A DNA stretch of 64,000 nt from positions 1 to 64,000 of the IMG/VR virus record IMGVR_UViG_3300028392_000053. The stretch is one strand, 5' to 3'. Shown one piece after another: positions 13,791-24,636 of the stretch. Under the pieces are notes generated by a model. The model had not been told where the DNA came from. It saw only the letters and a list, made by a program, of their open reading frames with translations, and did not search any database. Source of the stretch: a virus. Each line of letters begins with the position of its first letter. The first letter of the stretch is position 1. Position numbers and translations under genes: made by a program.

Positions 13791-16327
13791 TGTCTCTTTT
13801 CTATACAAATGTACAATCTGTCGGTAACAACATTCTATATCGTGGTGTTGCTGATGGTAAACGCACAAAAATTAAAATCCCTTATCAGCCAACTCTTTAC
13901 GAACATTCGAAGAAAGTAACTAACTACACCTCACTCGATGGCCATTATCTTCAAGGTAATAAATTCGATTCGATGCGCGAAGCACGTGACTATCTCCGTC
14001 AATTCGAAGGTGTTTCTGGTAAAAAAATCTATGGTCAAAATCGTTTCGAATATGCCTACATTGGTGAACAACATAAAGAAATGATTGATTGGGATTTCGA
14101 TAAAGTCTCTATTGCTATTATCGATATTGAAGTTGGTTCTGAGAATGGCTTTCCCGATCCTTATCTAGCGAATGAACCTGTTACTGCTATTGCTCTCCGT
14201 TTTATCGGTGGGCATATGTTCGTTTTCGGATGCGGTGATTATGAGGTCAAAGGCCAAGAACGATACATGAAGTGTAAAGATGAGTATCACTTGCTAAAGT
14301 TCTTCCTTAAACTCTGGCAAGAGAAATGTCCTGATGCACTTACCGGCTGGAATACAAAGTTCTTTGACGTACCATATCTTGTGAATCGTATGCGTAAAGT
14401 TCTCGGTGAAGATGAAGCGAAGAAGTTGTCTCCGTGGAACATTATCTCCGAACGTCAAGCGTTTGTTATGAACCGTAAAATGACGGTGTATGAACTTGTT
14501 GGTGTCGGTGAACTCGATTATCTAGAACTGTACAAATGGTATTCTCCTAATGGTAAGTCACAAGAATCCTATCGTCTTGATGCCATTGCACAATTTGAAC
14601 TTGGTGAAGGTAAAATCTCATATGAAGAATATGATAACCTTAACCAATTGTATCGATTGAATTATCAACTCTTTATCGAATATAACATTAAAGACGTTGA
14701 CTTGATTCTTAAACTAGAAGATAAGTTGAAGTTGATTGAACTAGCACTTACTTTGGCTTATGATACAAAGACTAACTATGATGATGTGTTTGCACAGACA
14801 CGCATGTGGGATGCTCTGACATATAACAACTTGATGAATAAGAACATCGTTGTTCCACCACGTATCATCAAGGATAAGAGTGAGGCATTTGAAGGCGCAT
14901 ATGTAAAAGACCCACAAGTTGGACTACATGAATTTGTTGCCAGTTTTGACTTGAATTCTTTGTATCCTCACTTGATGATGCAGTATAATATTTCACCGGA
15001 AACACTCATTGAACCAGCAGATTATACACAAGAGATGCGCGACATTCTTTCACAAGGTGTGTCTGTTGTTAAACTCTTGAAAAGACAAGTTGACATTTCA
15101 AGTTTGGAGAATGCAACATTGACTCCGAACGGTCAATTCTTCCGCACAGACATTCAAGGTTTCTTACCAAAGATGATGGAAGACATGTACGAAGACCGTA
15201 AGAAGTTTAAGAAGATGATGATTCAGGCCAAGAAAGACTATGAAGCTGAAACAGACGATTCTAAAAAATATGAAATCGAAAAACGTATTGCAAGATTTAA
15301 CAATCTACAACTTGCAAAGAAAGTCTCTCTCAATTCCGCTTATGGTGCTCTAGGTTCTCAGTATTTTAGATTTTATGATTTACGTATGGCCTTGGGTGTC
15401 ACTACTGCTGGTCAGTTGTCAATCAAATGGATTGAAAACAAGATTAACCTTTACATGAACAAGTTACTGTCAACAGAGGAAAAAGATTATGTAATTGCGT
15501 CTGACACAGATTCAATTTATTTAAAACTTGGTCCTTTAGTTGACAAAGTGTATGGTGCTGATGGTGTAGTTTCTATGCCGAAAACTAAAGTGATTGATTT
15601 TATGGATCGTGTTTGTAAAGACAAGATTGAACCTTACATTAATGAATCATACAATGAGTTGGCTGAGTATATACATGCATATGCACAGAAGATGCAGATG
15701 AAACGTGAAGCACTGGCCGACAAAGGTATTTGGACTGCCAAAAAGCGTTACATTATGAACGTGTATGATAATGAAGGTGTTCGATACACCGAACCTGATA
15801 TGAAGGTTATGGGTCTCGAAATGATTAAATCATCCACGCCTGCGCCTGTGCGTGACAAGATGAAACAAGCACTTCAGATTATGATGAAGGGTACTGAAGC
15901 TGATATGCATATTTTCATTGAAGATTTTCGTACAAAATTCAAGAAGCTGAATGTGGAAGATATTTCTTTTCCACGTGGCATCAATGGTCTGAAAGAATAT
16001 GGAAACAAAACTACCATATATTCAAAAGGTACACCAATTCATGTGAGAGGTGCCCTACTATATAATAAGTACCTTGAAGAAAAAGGTCTATCTAAGAAGT
16101 ATCCGTTGATTCAAGAGGGTGAAAAGATTAAATTTACTTATCTTAAAACCCCAAACACATTCAAAGAAAACGTGGTGTCATTCCCAGGAAGATTACCTCC
16201 TGAATTTGGTCTCCAAGAATATATCGATTACAATATGCAATTCGATAAAACTTTTTTAGAACCAATTAAAATCATTCTTGATTGTATGAATTGGACAACA
16301 GAACGAACAAACTCACTATTCGATTAA
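13790..16327 (+). CDS. gp43: DNA polymerase family B (T4 gp43)
   Basis: DIEV exonuclease, SFDLNSLYPH, KVSLNSAYG, ASDTDS. Confidence 0.98.
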   Translation: MSLFYTNVQSVGNNILYRGVADGKRTKIKIPYQPTLYEHSKKVTNYTSLDGHYLQGNKFDSMREARDYLRQFEGVSGKKIYGQNRFEYAYIGEQHKEMIDWDFDKVSIAIIDIEVGSENGFPDPYLANEPVTAIALRFIGGHMFVFGCGDYEVKGQERYMKCKDEYHLLKFFLKLWQEKCPDALTGWNTKFFDVPYLVNRMRKVLGEDEAKKLSPWNIISERQAFVMNRKMTVYELVGVGELDYLELYKWYSPNGKSQESYRLDAIAQFELGEGKISYEEYDNLNQLYRLNYQLFIEYNIKDVDLILKLEDKLKLIELALTLAYDTKTNYDDVFAQTRMWDALTYNNLMNKNIVVPPRIIKDKSEAFEGAYVKDPQVGLHEFVASFDLNSLYPHLMMQYNISPETLIEPADYTQEMRDILSQGVSVVKLLKRQVDISSLENATLTPNGQFFRTDIQGFLPKMMEDMYEDRKKFKKMMIQAKKDYEAETDDSKKYEIEKRIARFNNLQLAKKVSLNSAYGALGSQYFRFYDLRMALGVTTAGQLSIKWIENKINLYMNKLLSTEEKDYVIASDTDSIYLKLGPLVDKVYGADGVVSMPKTKVIDFMDRVCKDKIEPYINESYNELAEYIHAYAQKMQMKREALADKGIWTAKKRYIMNVYDNEGVRYTEPDMKVMGLEMIKSSTPAPVRDKMKQALQIMMKGTEADMHIFIEDFRTKFKKLNVEDISFPRGINGLKEYGNKTTIYSKGTPIHVRGALLYNKYLEEKGLSKKYPLIQEGEKIKFTYLKTPNTFKENVVSFPGRLPPEFGLQEYIDYNMQFDKTFLEPIKIILDCMNWTTERTNSLFD

Positions 16328-16336
16328 AGGAAAATT

Positions 16337-17395
16337 ATGAGCATTTTGGACAAAATTAAAAAGAACAGTTCTATTAAAGAATCTGCTATATTAGCTAAAT
16401 CAAAATTCTTTCTGGATAAAGATATGATTTCTACCTCAGTACCAATTATCAATGTTGCATTGAGTGGTAAAATTGATGGCGGTTTAACACCGGGTCTTAC
16501 AATGTGGGCTGGCCCCTCAAAACACTTTAAGACAGCATTCTCATTATTAATGGCCAAATCTTACTTGGACAAATATCCTGAGGCCGCTTTGCTATTCTAT
16601 GATTCTGAATTTGGTACTCCGCAATCATATTTCGATTCGTTTGGTATTGATACCAACCGCGTTCTACATACACCACTCACTGATATCGAACAACTAAAGT
16701 TTGATGTTATGCAACAACTTAAAGATTTAGACCGGTCAGATAAACTAATCATCATCATCGATTCGATTGGTAATCTTGCATCAAAGAAAGAAGTTGATGA
16801 TGCACTTGAAGGTAAATCTGTGGGTGATATGACTCGTGCAAAGCAAATCAAATCTTTATTCCGTATGGTAACACCACATCTTTCAATGAAAGATATTCCA
16901 ATGGTTGTTGTCAATCACACATATAAGACAATGGAACTTTATTCCAAGGATGTTGTTGGTGGTGGAACAGGCTCTTATTATTCAGCCGATAATATTTTTA
17001 TTATTGGTCGTCAGCAAGAAAAAGAAGGAACGGAAGTTATTGGTTATAACTTCATTATCAATGTTGAAAAATCTCGTTATGTTAAAGAAAAATCTAAAAT
17101 ACCTGTGTCTGTATCTTTTGATGGTGGCATTAGCAAGTGGAGCGGTTTACTTGACCTGGCTCTTGAATCCGGACATGTTATTAAACCATCAAATGGCTGG
17201 TATTCAAAAGTAGATAAAACTACAGGTGAAGTTTCGGACAAAAAATATCGGACCAAAGATACCGATAGCAAAGAATTTTGGTTACCGATTTTGAAAGAAA
17301 AGTCTTTCCGTGATTTTATCGAAGACAAATATCGTGTTGCGTCCGGAAGTATCATGCAATTAGAAATGGAAGGAGAATTGGATGAAGACGTATAA
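16337..17395 (+). CDS. uvsX: RecA-like recombinase UvsX
   Basis: AGPSKHFKT, YDSEFG, IDSIGNLAS. Confidence 0.96.
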   Translation: MSILDKIKKNSSIKESAILAKSKFFLDKDMISTSVPIINVALSGKIDGGLTPGLTMWAGPSKHFKTAFSLLMAKSYLDKYPEAALLFYDSEFGTPQSYFDSFGIDTNRVLHTPLTDIEQLKFDVMQQLKDLDRSDKLIIIIDSIGNLASKKEVDDALEGKSVGDMTRAKQIKSLFRMVTPHLSMKDIPMVVVNHTYKTMELYSKDVVGGGTGSYYSADNIFIIGRQQEKEGTEVIGYNFIINVEKSRYVKEKSKIPVSVSFDGGISKWSGLLDLALESGHVIKPSNGWYSKVDKTTGEVSDKKYRTKDTDSKEFWLPILKEKSFRDFIEDKYRVASGSIMQLEMEGELDEDV

Positions 17396-17714
17396 AGAGG
17401 GTGTAGATTTCAACTATGTAATTCCAGAAAGTGAAGACACAACTGTGGGTGTTAAATTGCTCACAGGAGAATATTCGGATACTGTTTATCAATATGGTAA
17501 AGTAAAGTTCGAAGAAGAAAAAGATGGTGCCATCTATCTTCAATTCGTGTATAATGTGATGGAAACACCTCTAGAAAAGGATGTGCTTGAAAAAGACATG
17601 AATTTTAAAAATCACATTGGTGATATTTTGGTAAGCATAATGTCGCAAAACATTGACAAGGGAATTATTGATGAAGTTGGAACAAACTATTCTGAGGAAT
17701 CTATTACAGAATGA
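17382..17714 (+). CDS. gp40-like head vertex assembly chaperone (putative)
   Basis: Position between uvsX and gp41 as in T4; size. Confidence 0.5.
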   Translation: MKTYKEGVDFNYVIPESEDTTVGVKLLTGEYSDTVYQYGKVKFEEEKDGAIYLQFVYNVMETPLEKDVLEKDMNFKNHIGDILVSIMSQNIDKGIIDEVGTNYSEESITE

Positions 17715-19065
17715 TGACTATATGAGGAAGGTTTTACCTTTCCTCAAAGATGAATATTTTTCAGATAGAACCGAAAAAGTAATTTATGATGAAATCTTAT
17801 CGTTTACAAATACTTACAATAGTACACCATCAGTTGAAGCGATTGCATTGGCCGTCAAAGAAAGGCGTAATCTCACAAATGATGAAGTGGAGAAGTGTGA
17901 AACTTATCTACAGGAAATTGAACAATCTTCAAAGACGGAACAAAAAACTGATAACAGTTGGCTCATTGACAAAACTGAAAAGTTTTGCCAGGAAAAAGCC
18001 ATTTATAATGCAGTCTTAAATTCTATTTCCATTCTTGACGGTAAAGATAAGGCGAATGACAAAGGTGCCATTCCTAAAATTCTGTCTGATGCTCTGGCCA
18101 TCAGTTTTGATAATTCTGTAGGTCACGATTATCTAGAAGATTCTGATGGACGATTTGAATTCTACCACCGAACAGAAGAACGAATTCCATTTGACCTCGA
18201 CTATTTTAACAAAATCACAAAGGGTGGTCTACCTAAGAAAACCCTTAATATCGCCTTGGCTGGTACTGGTGTTGGTAAATCTCTTTTTATGTGTCATGTT
18301 GCCGCTGGTGCTATGTCACAAGGTAAAAATGTACTTTACATCACTATGGAAATGGCTGAGGAGAAAATTGCAGAACGTATAGATGCAAACTTGTTGAATG
18401 TGACTATTGATGACTTGATACAATTACCAAAGGACATGTATGACAAAAAGGTCAATCGTGTCAAAGATATGACAACAGGTAAATTAATCATCAAAGAATA
18501 TCCAACCGCTTCTGCCTCAGCAACACACTTTAGAACACTATTAAATGAACTTAACCTTAAAAAGTCTTTTGTACCTGATATTATTTTCATTGATTATCTT
18601 AATATATGTTGTTCTTCTCGGATTAAAGCAGGTGCAAACATTAACTCTTACACCTATGTCAAATCTATCGCAGAAGAATTGCGAGGACTTGCCGTTGAAT
18701 TCGGAGTTCCAATTGTTTCTGCTACACAAACAACACGGTCAGGTTTTACTTCATCCGACCCCGGACTCGAAGATACAAGTGAGAGTTTCGGTTTGCCGGC
18801 TACGGCAGACTTAATGTTTGCACTCATTTCTTCCGAAGAACTTGAAGCACTTGGCCAAATTATGGTCAAACAGTTGAAGAATCGTTATTCAGACCCATCA
18901 AAATACAAAAGATTCGTTCTCGGTGTTGACAGATCAAAAATGAAACTGTATGATGTTGAACAAGATGCACAACTTGGCTTAGCTGATGCGGGACATAATC
19001 CAATACAAAAACCACCACAAAACAACAACTTCAAGAAGAAAGATTTTGGAGGGTTTAAAGTGTAG
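17671..19065 (+). CDS. gp41: replicative DNA helicase (T4 gp41)
   Basis: AGTGVGKS, IFIDYLNIC, SATQTTR, QLKNRY. Confidence 0.97.
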   Translation: MKLEQTILRNLLQNDDYMRKVLPFLKDEYFSDRTEKVIYDEILSFTNTYNSTPSVEAIALAVKERRNLTNDEVEKCETYLQEIEQSSKTEQKTDNSWLIDKTEKFCQEKAIYNAVLNSISILDGKDKANDKGAIPKILSDALAISFDNSVGHDYLEDSDGRFEFYHRTEERIPFDLDYFNKITKGGLPKKTLNIALAGTGVGKSLFMCHVAAGAMSQGKNVLYITMEMAEEKIAERIDANLLNVTIDDLIQLPKDMYDKKVNRVKDMTTGKLIIKEYPTASASATHFRTLLNELNLKKSFVPDIIFIDYLNICCSSRIKAGANINSYTYVKSIAEELRGLAVEFGVPIVSATQTTRSGFTSSDPGLEDTSESFGLPATADLMFALISSEELEALGQIMVKQLKNRYSDPSKYKRFVLGVDRSKMKLYDVEQDAQLGLADAGHNPIQKPPQNNNFKKKDFGGFKV

Positions 19066-19093
19066 GCCTAAATATTTTCATTTAGGATGCAAA

Positions 19094-19888
19094 ATGGCTC
19101 AAGAAGGTTTTTTATACGAAGAAAATGCGGCAAAAGCACTAATAAAGAAAAATTGGGTTAAAAAAGATTATAAACCAGCTGGAGCATCTTCTGATAGACC
19201 TGATTTGGATTTATTAATTGGTGGAAAAGAATATGGTTGTGAATTAAAAAAGGATCTTGCATCAGCAGGTTCTTTGGTAATACACTATCTTGGTAATGGT
19301 AAATATGATTATGGCGATACAGAAGGTAGCAAAGAAAAAGAATTTCTCAAAGGCCTTGGTGTAAATGCTAAGGTTCTGCAAGCTATTAAGACTAAATGGA
19401 AAGTTGAACCATTTATTCAGAAGGTGCGTGATGCTAAATGGATTGCTAGGGCCAGAAAGTCTGGATTGTCTTTGAGAGAAAGATATGACCACGACATTAA
19501 AAATTTAAGAGATATATATTTTCCATTGCCTTCAAATACAATAAGTAAATATTACAATATCAAAAAAACTTATTATGTTAATGTTGCAACACACGGTTTT
19601 TATCTGTTGGGTCGAAATGATCCGGCTGAATTAAATGATAATGCTAATCCAAAAATACCTTTATGGGATGACCACCACACCGCAGTTTTAAGAATTCGTG
19701 TACAATCTAAAGGTGTTACAAAAGCCGCAGAAGATGAAAAAAGAAAAGGTTGGCCTTCAGCAGGCTCACAGGGTTATCAAATTACTATGGAAATACAATT
19801 TAAATCCGTGACTAAATCTCCGTACAACATAGGTCCAATTGTTGGCAAAACTGCCACGATTGATGAAAAGAAAATAGTTTTACCGTAA
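19094..19888 (+). CDS. putative PD-(D/E)XK nuclease
   Basis: YE...PDL...ELK spacing; AT-rich. Confidence 0.5.
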   Translation: MAQEGFLYEENAAKALIKKNWVKKDYKPAGASSDRPDLDLLIGGKEYGCELKKDLASAGSLVIHYLGNGKYDYGDTEGSKEKEFLKGLGVNAKVLQAIKTKWKVEPFIQKVRDAKWIARARKSGLSLRERYDHDIKNLRDIYFPLPSNTISKYYNIKKTYYVNVATHGFYLLGRNDPAELNDNANPKIPLWDDHHTAVLRIRVQSKGVTKAAEDEKRKGWPSAGSQGYQITMEIQFKSVTKSPYNIGPIVGKTATIDEKKIVLP

Positions 19889-19892
19889 AAAT

Positions 19893-20174
19893 ATGGCACT
19901 AGATAAAGACACACAAAAAATTCTCAGTGAATACGATGATGATTTTGATTTCGGCTTTACCGCTACAAATGAAGAGGAATACAATTCGATCATTTCACAG
20001 AAAGAAGATACTGTAGAACAGTATAAAGCCAAATTGGCGGAAGTTGAAAAATTGATTCTTCCGTTTCTGATGAAACTGTTGAAAACTTCAGACCAACCTA
20101 TCATCAAATGGCCTAATCGTAAACCTGTCATCGAAGCACAAATTGAAAGAATCCTAAAAGTAACACGGAGCTAA
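19893..20174 (+). CDS. hypothetical protein (T4-like conserved)
   Basis: DFDFGF, IKWPNR motifs. Confidence 0.7.
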   Translation: MALDKDTQKILSEYDDDFDFGFTATNEEEYNSIISQKEDTVEQYKAKLAEVEKLILPFLMKLLKTSDQPIIKWPNRKPVIEAQIERILKVTRS

Positions 20175-20177
20175 ATT

Positions 20178-20912
20178 ATGAAACCATTAGTGACGGTCAT
20201 TACGCCGACTACGGCAAGTGACCAATTAGAAGATGTATTGAAATCAATCGACAGACAAACATACCAAAATATACAGCACCTTGTTGTTGTTGATGGTTTT
20301 GACAAGTATGGTGCAAAAACCACACAACTCATGGAAGGTGCAACACGTTCCTCAACAATCTCACTTCCTCACAATACTGGATACGACCAATACAATGGTC
20401 ATAAAATCTATGGTGCAATGTCATTTATTGCTGAAGGTGACTATATTTGTTTCTTGGATCAAGATAACTGGTATGAAGATAATCATATCGAATCTTTGGT
20501 TGATGTTATTAACCAGGGAAACGATTGGGCATATTCACTGAGAAAAATTGTTTCACAGGAAGGAACATACATATGTAACGATGATTGTGAATCTCTTGGT
20601 AAATGGAACTCGGTTATCAATGATAAATTTATTGATGTGAATTGCTTTATGATTCCAAAGATGGCGGCAATTAATTTTTCCCCTTATTGGTATCGCCGTG
20701 CAAGGCATCCACAAGAACAACCAGAAGTTGATAGAATTTTATCTCCATTTATGATGCAAAACTTTCAAAAATTTGACACGAATGGTGAGTACACTGTAAA
20801 CTACAGAGTAGCCAGCCGAGCAGATTCAGTACAAGATGTTTTCTTTATTAAAGGAAATGAAGTGATGAAACAGAAAATGAATGGAGAATACCCATGGCGC
20901 AAAAAGACCTAA
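20178..20912 (+). CDS. glycosyltransferase family 2
   Basis: VTVITPT, HLVVVDG, FLDQD. Confidence 0.88.
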   Translation: MKPLVTVITPTTASDQLEDVLKSIDRQTYQNIQHLVVVDGFDKYGAKTTQLMEGATRSSTISLPHNTGYDQYNGHKIYGAMSFIAEGDYICFLDQDNWYEDNHIESLVDVINQGNDWAYSLRKIVSQEGTYICNDDCESLGKWNSVINDKFIDVNCFMIPKMAAINFSPYWYRRARHPQEQPEVDRILSPFMMQNFQKFDTNGEYTVNYRVASRADSVQDVFFIKGNEVMKQKMNGEYPWRKKT

Positions 20913-21784
20913 TCATAGGCGCATTCAACAACTATACAGATTATGATGTACTCAAACCTTGGGTGCAGTCAATCAAAGATACCGGTTTCAAAGGTGATAC
21001 TGTATTATTTGCAATTGGAACTACACCAGAATTGGTGAAGAAACTAGGTGAAGAAAGTGTGATTGTCATATCACTTCCTAAAAATGATAGCATGATGATT
21101 CATATGCAACGTTTCATACACATCTATAACTTTCTGAAACAAAAAGATTATCGTTATGTTGTTTCAACTGATGTGCGTGATGTTATCTTTCAATCGAACC
21201 CATTCGACTATATTGAAGATAAAATGAATTCAATGTACGTAAAAGGACTTATCGCATCATCAGAAGTAATTAAAATTCAAGACGAAGAATGGAACAGAGA
21301 CAACATTCTCAAAAATTTTGGAGAATACTTTTATAATGAAGTGAAAGAAAATGAAGTTTGTAATGTAGGTATTCTTGCAGGTCGTTCTGAAACAATTAAA
21401 GAATTGTGTTTTTATCTTTATCAGTTTTCATTGAACCGCCCTGATTGGGTTTGCGACCAAGCCGCTTATAATGTGTTGCTTGGTACAAGACTTTGGTCAT
21501 CACACACACATGTGACAAAATTAAAAGATGCATGGGCTGTGAATGCACATGTGACAAACAAACCAGACCTTGTTGAAAAGCTGAAACCATATTTATTGGA
21601 AAAGGCACCTACAATGTCCAAAGAAGGTCTTATTGTAAATTCAAATGGTAAACCTTTTGTTATTGTTCATCAGTATGATAGAGTTCCAGAATGGATGGAA
21701 TATTTCTCTAAAAAATATGGAACAAATATAACAAAAGACACCAATACTGGCAGTTCGCCTAAATACTTTCTGTACAACACATAA
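20894..21784 (+). CDS. GT-A fold glycosyltransferase
   Basis: TDVRDV DxxD, DQAAYN, VHQYDR. Confidence 0.75.
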   Translation: MAQKDLIIGAFNNYTDYDVLKPWVQSIKDTGFKGDTVLFAIGTTPELVKKLGEESVIVISLPKNDSMMIHMQRFIHIYNFLKQKDYRYVVSTDVRDVIFQSNPFDYIEDKMNSMYVKGLIASSEVIKIQDEEWNRDNILKNFGEYFYNEVKENEVCNVGILAGRSETIKELCFYLYQFSLNRPDWVCDQAAYNVLLGTRLWSSHTHVTKLKDAWAVNAHVTNKPDLVEKLKPYLLEKAPTMSKEGLIVNSNGKPFVIVHQYDRVPEWMEYFSKKYGTNITKDTNTGSSPKYFLYNT

Positions 21785-21816
21785 AATTCGTAATTTAATA
21801 AATATGGGACTTTGAA

Positions 21817-22647
21817 ATGAGCAAAATTAGTATTGTAACCGCATTCTATGATATCGGCCGTGGTGACTGGTCAACAAGCACCGAGAAAAATGGTGGACCC
21901 CTTCCACATTATCTACAACGTTCAGTTGACAAATATATCGATCACTTCACACGCATGTGTGAGATTGATACTGAAATCATTGTATACACTTCACCTGACA
22001 TTGCGCCACGTTTGGCCGCAATTTCTCCTAATGTTAAAGTAGTTGAGTATGACTACTTCAATATTCACCAAGAACTCCGTGATAAGATTGAAGAAATTCA
22101 AAAATCACCAGAGTTCGTCAAAAAAATTAATCCTTATCAAGTCCGTAATCCAGAATATTGGTCGAAAGACTATGTTGGTGTTACATCACTCAAAGCATTC
22201 TATGTTGCAGATGCATTTGAACGTGGTCTAATCACGAATGAATTTGCCGCATGGGTTGACTTTGGTTATTGCCGTGATGATGAACATATTCCAACAAGCA
22301 AAACTTGGGAATATGATTTCACTCCAGGACTGATGCACTATTTTAATTATCGTGATCCAGAATTCAAACAGGCTAAACAACAAGTTTCGATGGCTGTACA
22401 GAATAATGTTGTATTCGTTATTGGTGGTGTATTTGTTGCACAGAAAGAACCGTGGCAAGTTTTGGCTGTTGACATGAAAGAAGCCCTCGAATATTTGATG
22501 AGCATTGGTCTTGTTGACGATGACCAAGGTTTGTTGCTGATGGCATATTTTAAAAATCCCGACATGTATGAACTTCATAAGATGCCTCTTGATGCGCCTA
22601 TTGAAGATGTACGTTCTATTTTAAGAAAGTTTAATAAACATGAGTAA
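21817..22647 (+). CDS. HtrL/YibB (WlaTC) family glycosyltransferase
   Basis: IVTAFYDIGRGDW, AWVDFG, DDDQ. Confidence 0.85.
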   Translation: MSKISIVTAFYDIGRGDWSTSTEKNGGPLPHYLQRSVDKYIDHFTRMCEIDTEIIVYTSPDIAPRLAAISPNVKVVEYDYFNIHQELRDKIEEIQKSPEFVKKINPYQVRNPEYWSKDYVGVTSLKAFYVADAFERGLITNEFAAWVDFGYCRDDEHIPTSKTWEYDFTPGLMHYFNYRDPEFKQAKQQVSMAVQNNVVFVIGGVFVAQKEPWQVLAVDMKEALEYLMSIGLVDDDQGLLLMAYFKNPDMYELHKMPLDAPIEDVRSILRKFNKHE

Positions 22648-24022
22648 GTTAGTTATTTTCGACCTTGATGGAGTTTTGATTGATTCGCGTGAACTACATT
22701 ATGATGCACTCAATGATGCACTCCGTAAAGTTGGTGAAGAATTTGTAATTACACGTGAAGAACATCTCAGTAAGTATGATGGTCTGAATACGACTAGAAA
22801 ATTAAAAATGTTGACCGAACAAAAAGGTCTTCCAATTTCAACGTATGACCAAGTTTGGCAAGACAAACAAGAAGCAACATTCAAGTTAGTGCGTGGTTTT
22901 TGTAAAGAGTATTTGTTACAAACTATCTTCCGCCAAATCAAGGCGCGTGGTTATAAAATTGCTGTAGCATCAAATGCAATTCGTGAAACTGTAAAATTAT
23001 CTCTACTAAGTATTGGTGTGATGGACGAAGTTGATTATTTCGTCAGTAATGAGGATGTGGCGAGGGCTAAACCTTATCCAGAAATGTACTGGAAATGTAT
23101 GACAGCACTCAATGCACTTCCTAAAAATACAATTATTGTAGAAGATAGTCACATTGGACGCCAAGGCGCATTGGACTCTGGAGCGCACCTGCTTGCAGTT
23201 GAAAATGCAAAAGAAGTTAACTCTGAACATATGATGCAAAGGATTTATGACCTGATGAATACGATTGAAGGTACAAGCAAAAAGTCTCTACCATGGAGAG
23301 ATAAAAAATTGAATATTTTGATTCCAATGGCTGGCGCTGGCTCACGTTTTGCACAAGCTGGATACACTTTCCCTAAACCTCTTATTGAAGTTCGTGGTAA
23401 ACCAATGATTCAAGTTGTGGTAGAGAACCTGAATATCGAAGCAAATTATATTTTCTTAGTTCAAAAAGAACACTATGACAAATACAATCTGAAGTATCTT
23501 TTAAATTTGATTGCACCAAATTGCAAGATTGTTCAAGTTGATGGCATCACAGAGGGTGCGGCTTGCACAACTCTCCTTGCTAAAGAATACATCGATAATG
23601 ATGCACCGTTGGTTATGGCTAACTCCGACCAGTTTGTTGAATGGAACTCCAATGAATGTATGTACGCATTCTCAGCAGATTCTATCGATGGTGGTATTCT
23701 CACATTCAAAGCAACACATCCAAAATGGTCCTATGCTAAACTAGACGAAGATGGTTTTGTTTCAGAAGTTGCAGAGAAGAAAGTCATTTCAGATGAAGCA
23801 ACAGTTGGTATTTACTACTGGCGTCACGGCTCGGACTATGTTAAATATGCTGAACAGATGATTAAGAAAGACATTCGGACTAATGGTGAGTTCTACACTT
23901 GCCCCGTGTTCAACGAAGCCGTTGGTGATGGTAAAAAAGTTCGCGTAAAAAATATTGAAAAAATGTGGGGCATCGGCACACCTGAAGACCTGAATTATTT
24001 CTTAGACAATCATAAGGAATAA
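22640..24022 (+). CDS. HAD phosphatase fused to sugar nucleotidyltransferase
   Basis: DLDGV, KPYP, EDS; PMAGAGSRF...PKPL. Confidence 0.92.
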   Translation: MSKLVIFDLDGVLIDSRELHYDALNDALRKVGEEFVITREEHLSKYDGLNTTRKLKMLTEQKGLPISTYDQVWQDKQEATFKLVRGFCKEYLLQTIFRQIKARGYKIAVASNAIRETVKLSLLSIGVMDEVDYFVSNEDVARAKPYPEMYWKCMTALNALPKNTIIVEDSHIGRQGALDSGAHLLAVENAKEVNSEHMMQRIYDLMNTIEGTSKKSLPWRDKKLNILIPMAGAGSRFAQAGYTFPKPLIEVRGKPMIQVVVENLNIEANYIFLVQKEHYDKYNLKYLLNLIAPNCKIVQVDGITEGAACTTLLAKEYIDNDAPLVMANSDQFVEWNSNECMYAFSADSIDGGILTFKATHPKWSYAKLDEDGFVSEVAEKKVISDEATVGIYYWRHGSDYVKYAEQMIKKDIRTNGEFYTCPVFNEAVGDGKKVRVKNIEKMWGIGTPEDLNYFLDNHKE

Positions 24023-24024
24023 AA

Positions 24025-24636
24025 ATGATTTTATTTGATGTAGGCACGCATCACGGGCAAAATTCTTTGAACATAACACATCGTAATCCTGATGTTATTT
24101 GTTATGCGTTCGAACCCACACCTGAACTTGCAAGGCTTCTCCGTATTGCCGCTGAAGCAAGGAATATGAAAGAACGTTATCATGTTTACGAACATGCTAT
24201 TTCAGATTTTGACGGAGAAGCGGATTTTCATATGGTACAAGGTGATACTGGTTCAGCTTCACTCAATGAATTCTCAGATAACTTATCCGAAATTTGGCCA
24301 GGTCGAACAGACTTTGTTGTTCGTGGCTCCAAAAAAGTTAATGTGTATAGACTGGACACTTGGTTAACAATTTTTGCACCAGAAATTACTTGTATTGGCC
24401 ATCTACACATTGATGCACAAGGTTCAGACCTCGCCGTACTCAAAGGACTTGGAGAAAAAATATCGATGGTACAATCTGGTGTTATTGAAGTGCCACAAGA
24501 AGATAACCTAAGACTTTATAAAGGTCAACACACCAAACAAGATGCACTTGACTTTTTGGAACAAAACGGATTTGTGATTGATAAGATTATATCACAAGTA
24601 AATGAAGAAAACTTATATTTTGTGAGGAAAAAATGA
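24025..24636 (+). CDS. FkbM family methyltransferase
   Basis: FDVG...AFEP, HIDAQGSDL. Confidence 0.88.
   Translation: MILFDVGTHHGQNSLNITHRNPDVICYAFEPTPELARLLRIAAEARNMKERYHVYEHAISDFDGEADFHMVQGDTGSASLNEFSDNLSEIWPGRTDFVVRGSKKVNVYRLDTWLTIFAPEITCIGHLHIDAQGSDLAVLKGLGEKISMVQSGVIEVPQEDNLRLYKGQHTKQDALDFLEQNGFVIDKIISQVNEENLYFVRKK

Noticed and set aside
13790-19065. Inteins or introns in gp43, uvsX or gp41
   Set aside because: Lengths and motif spacing are normal, with no insertions visible.
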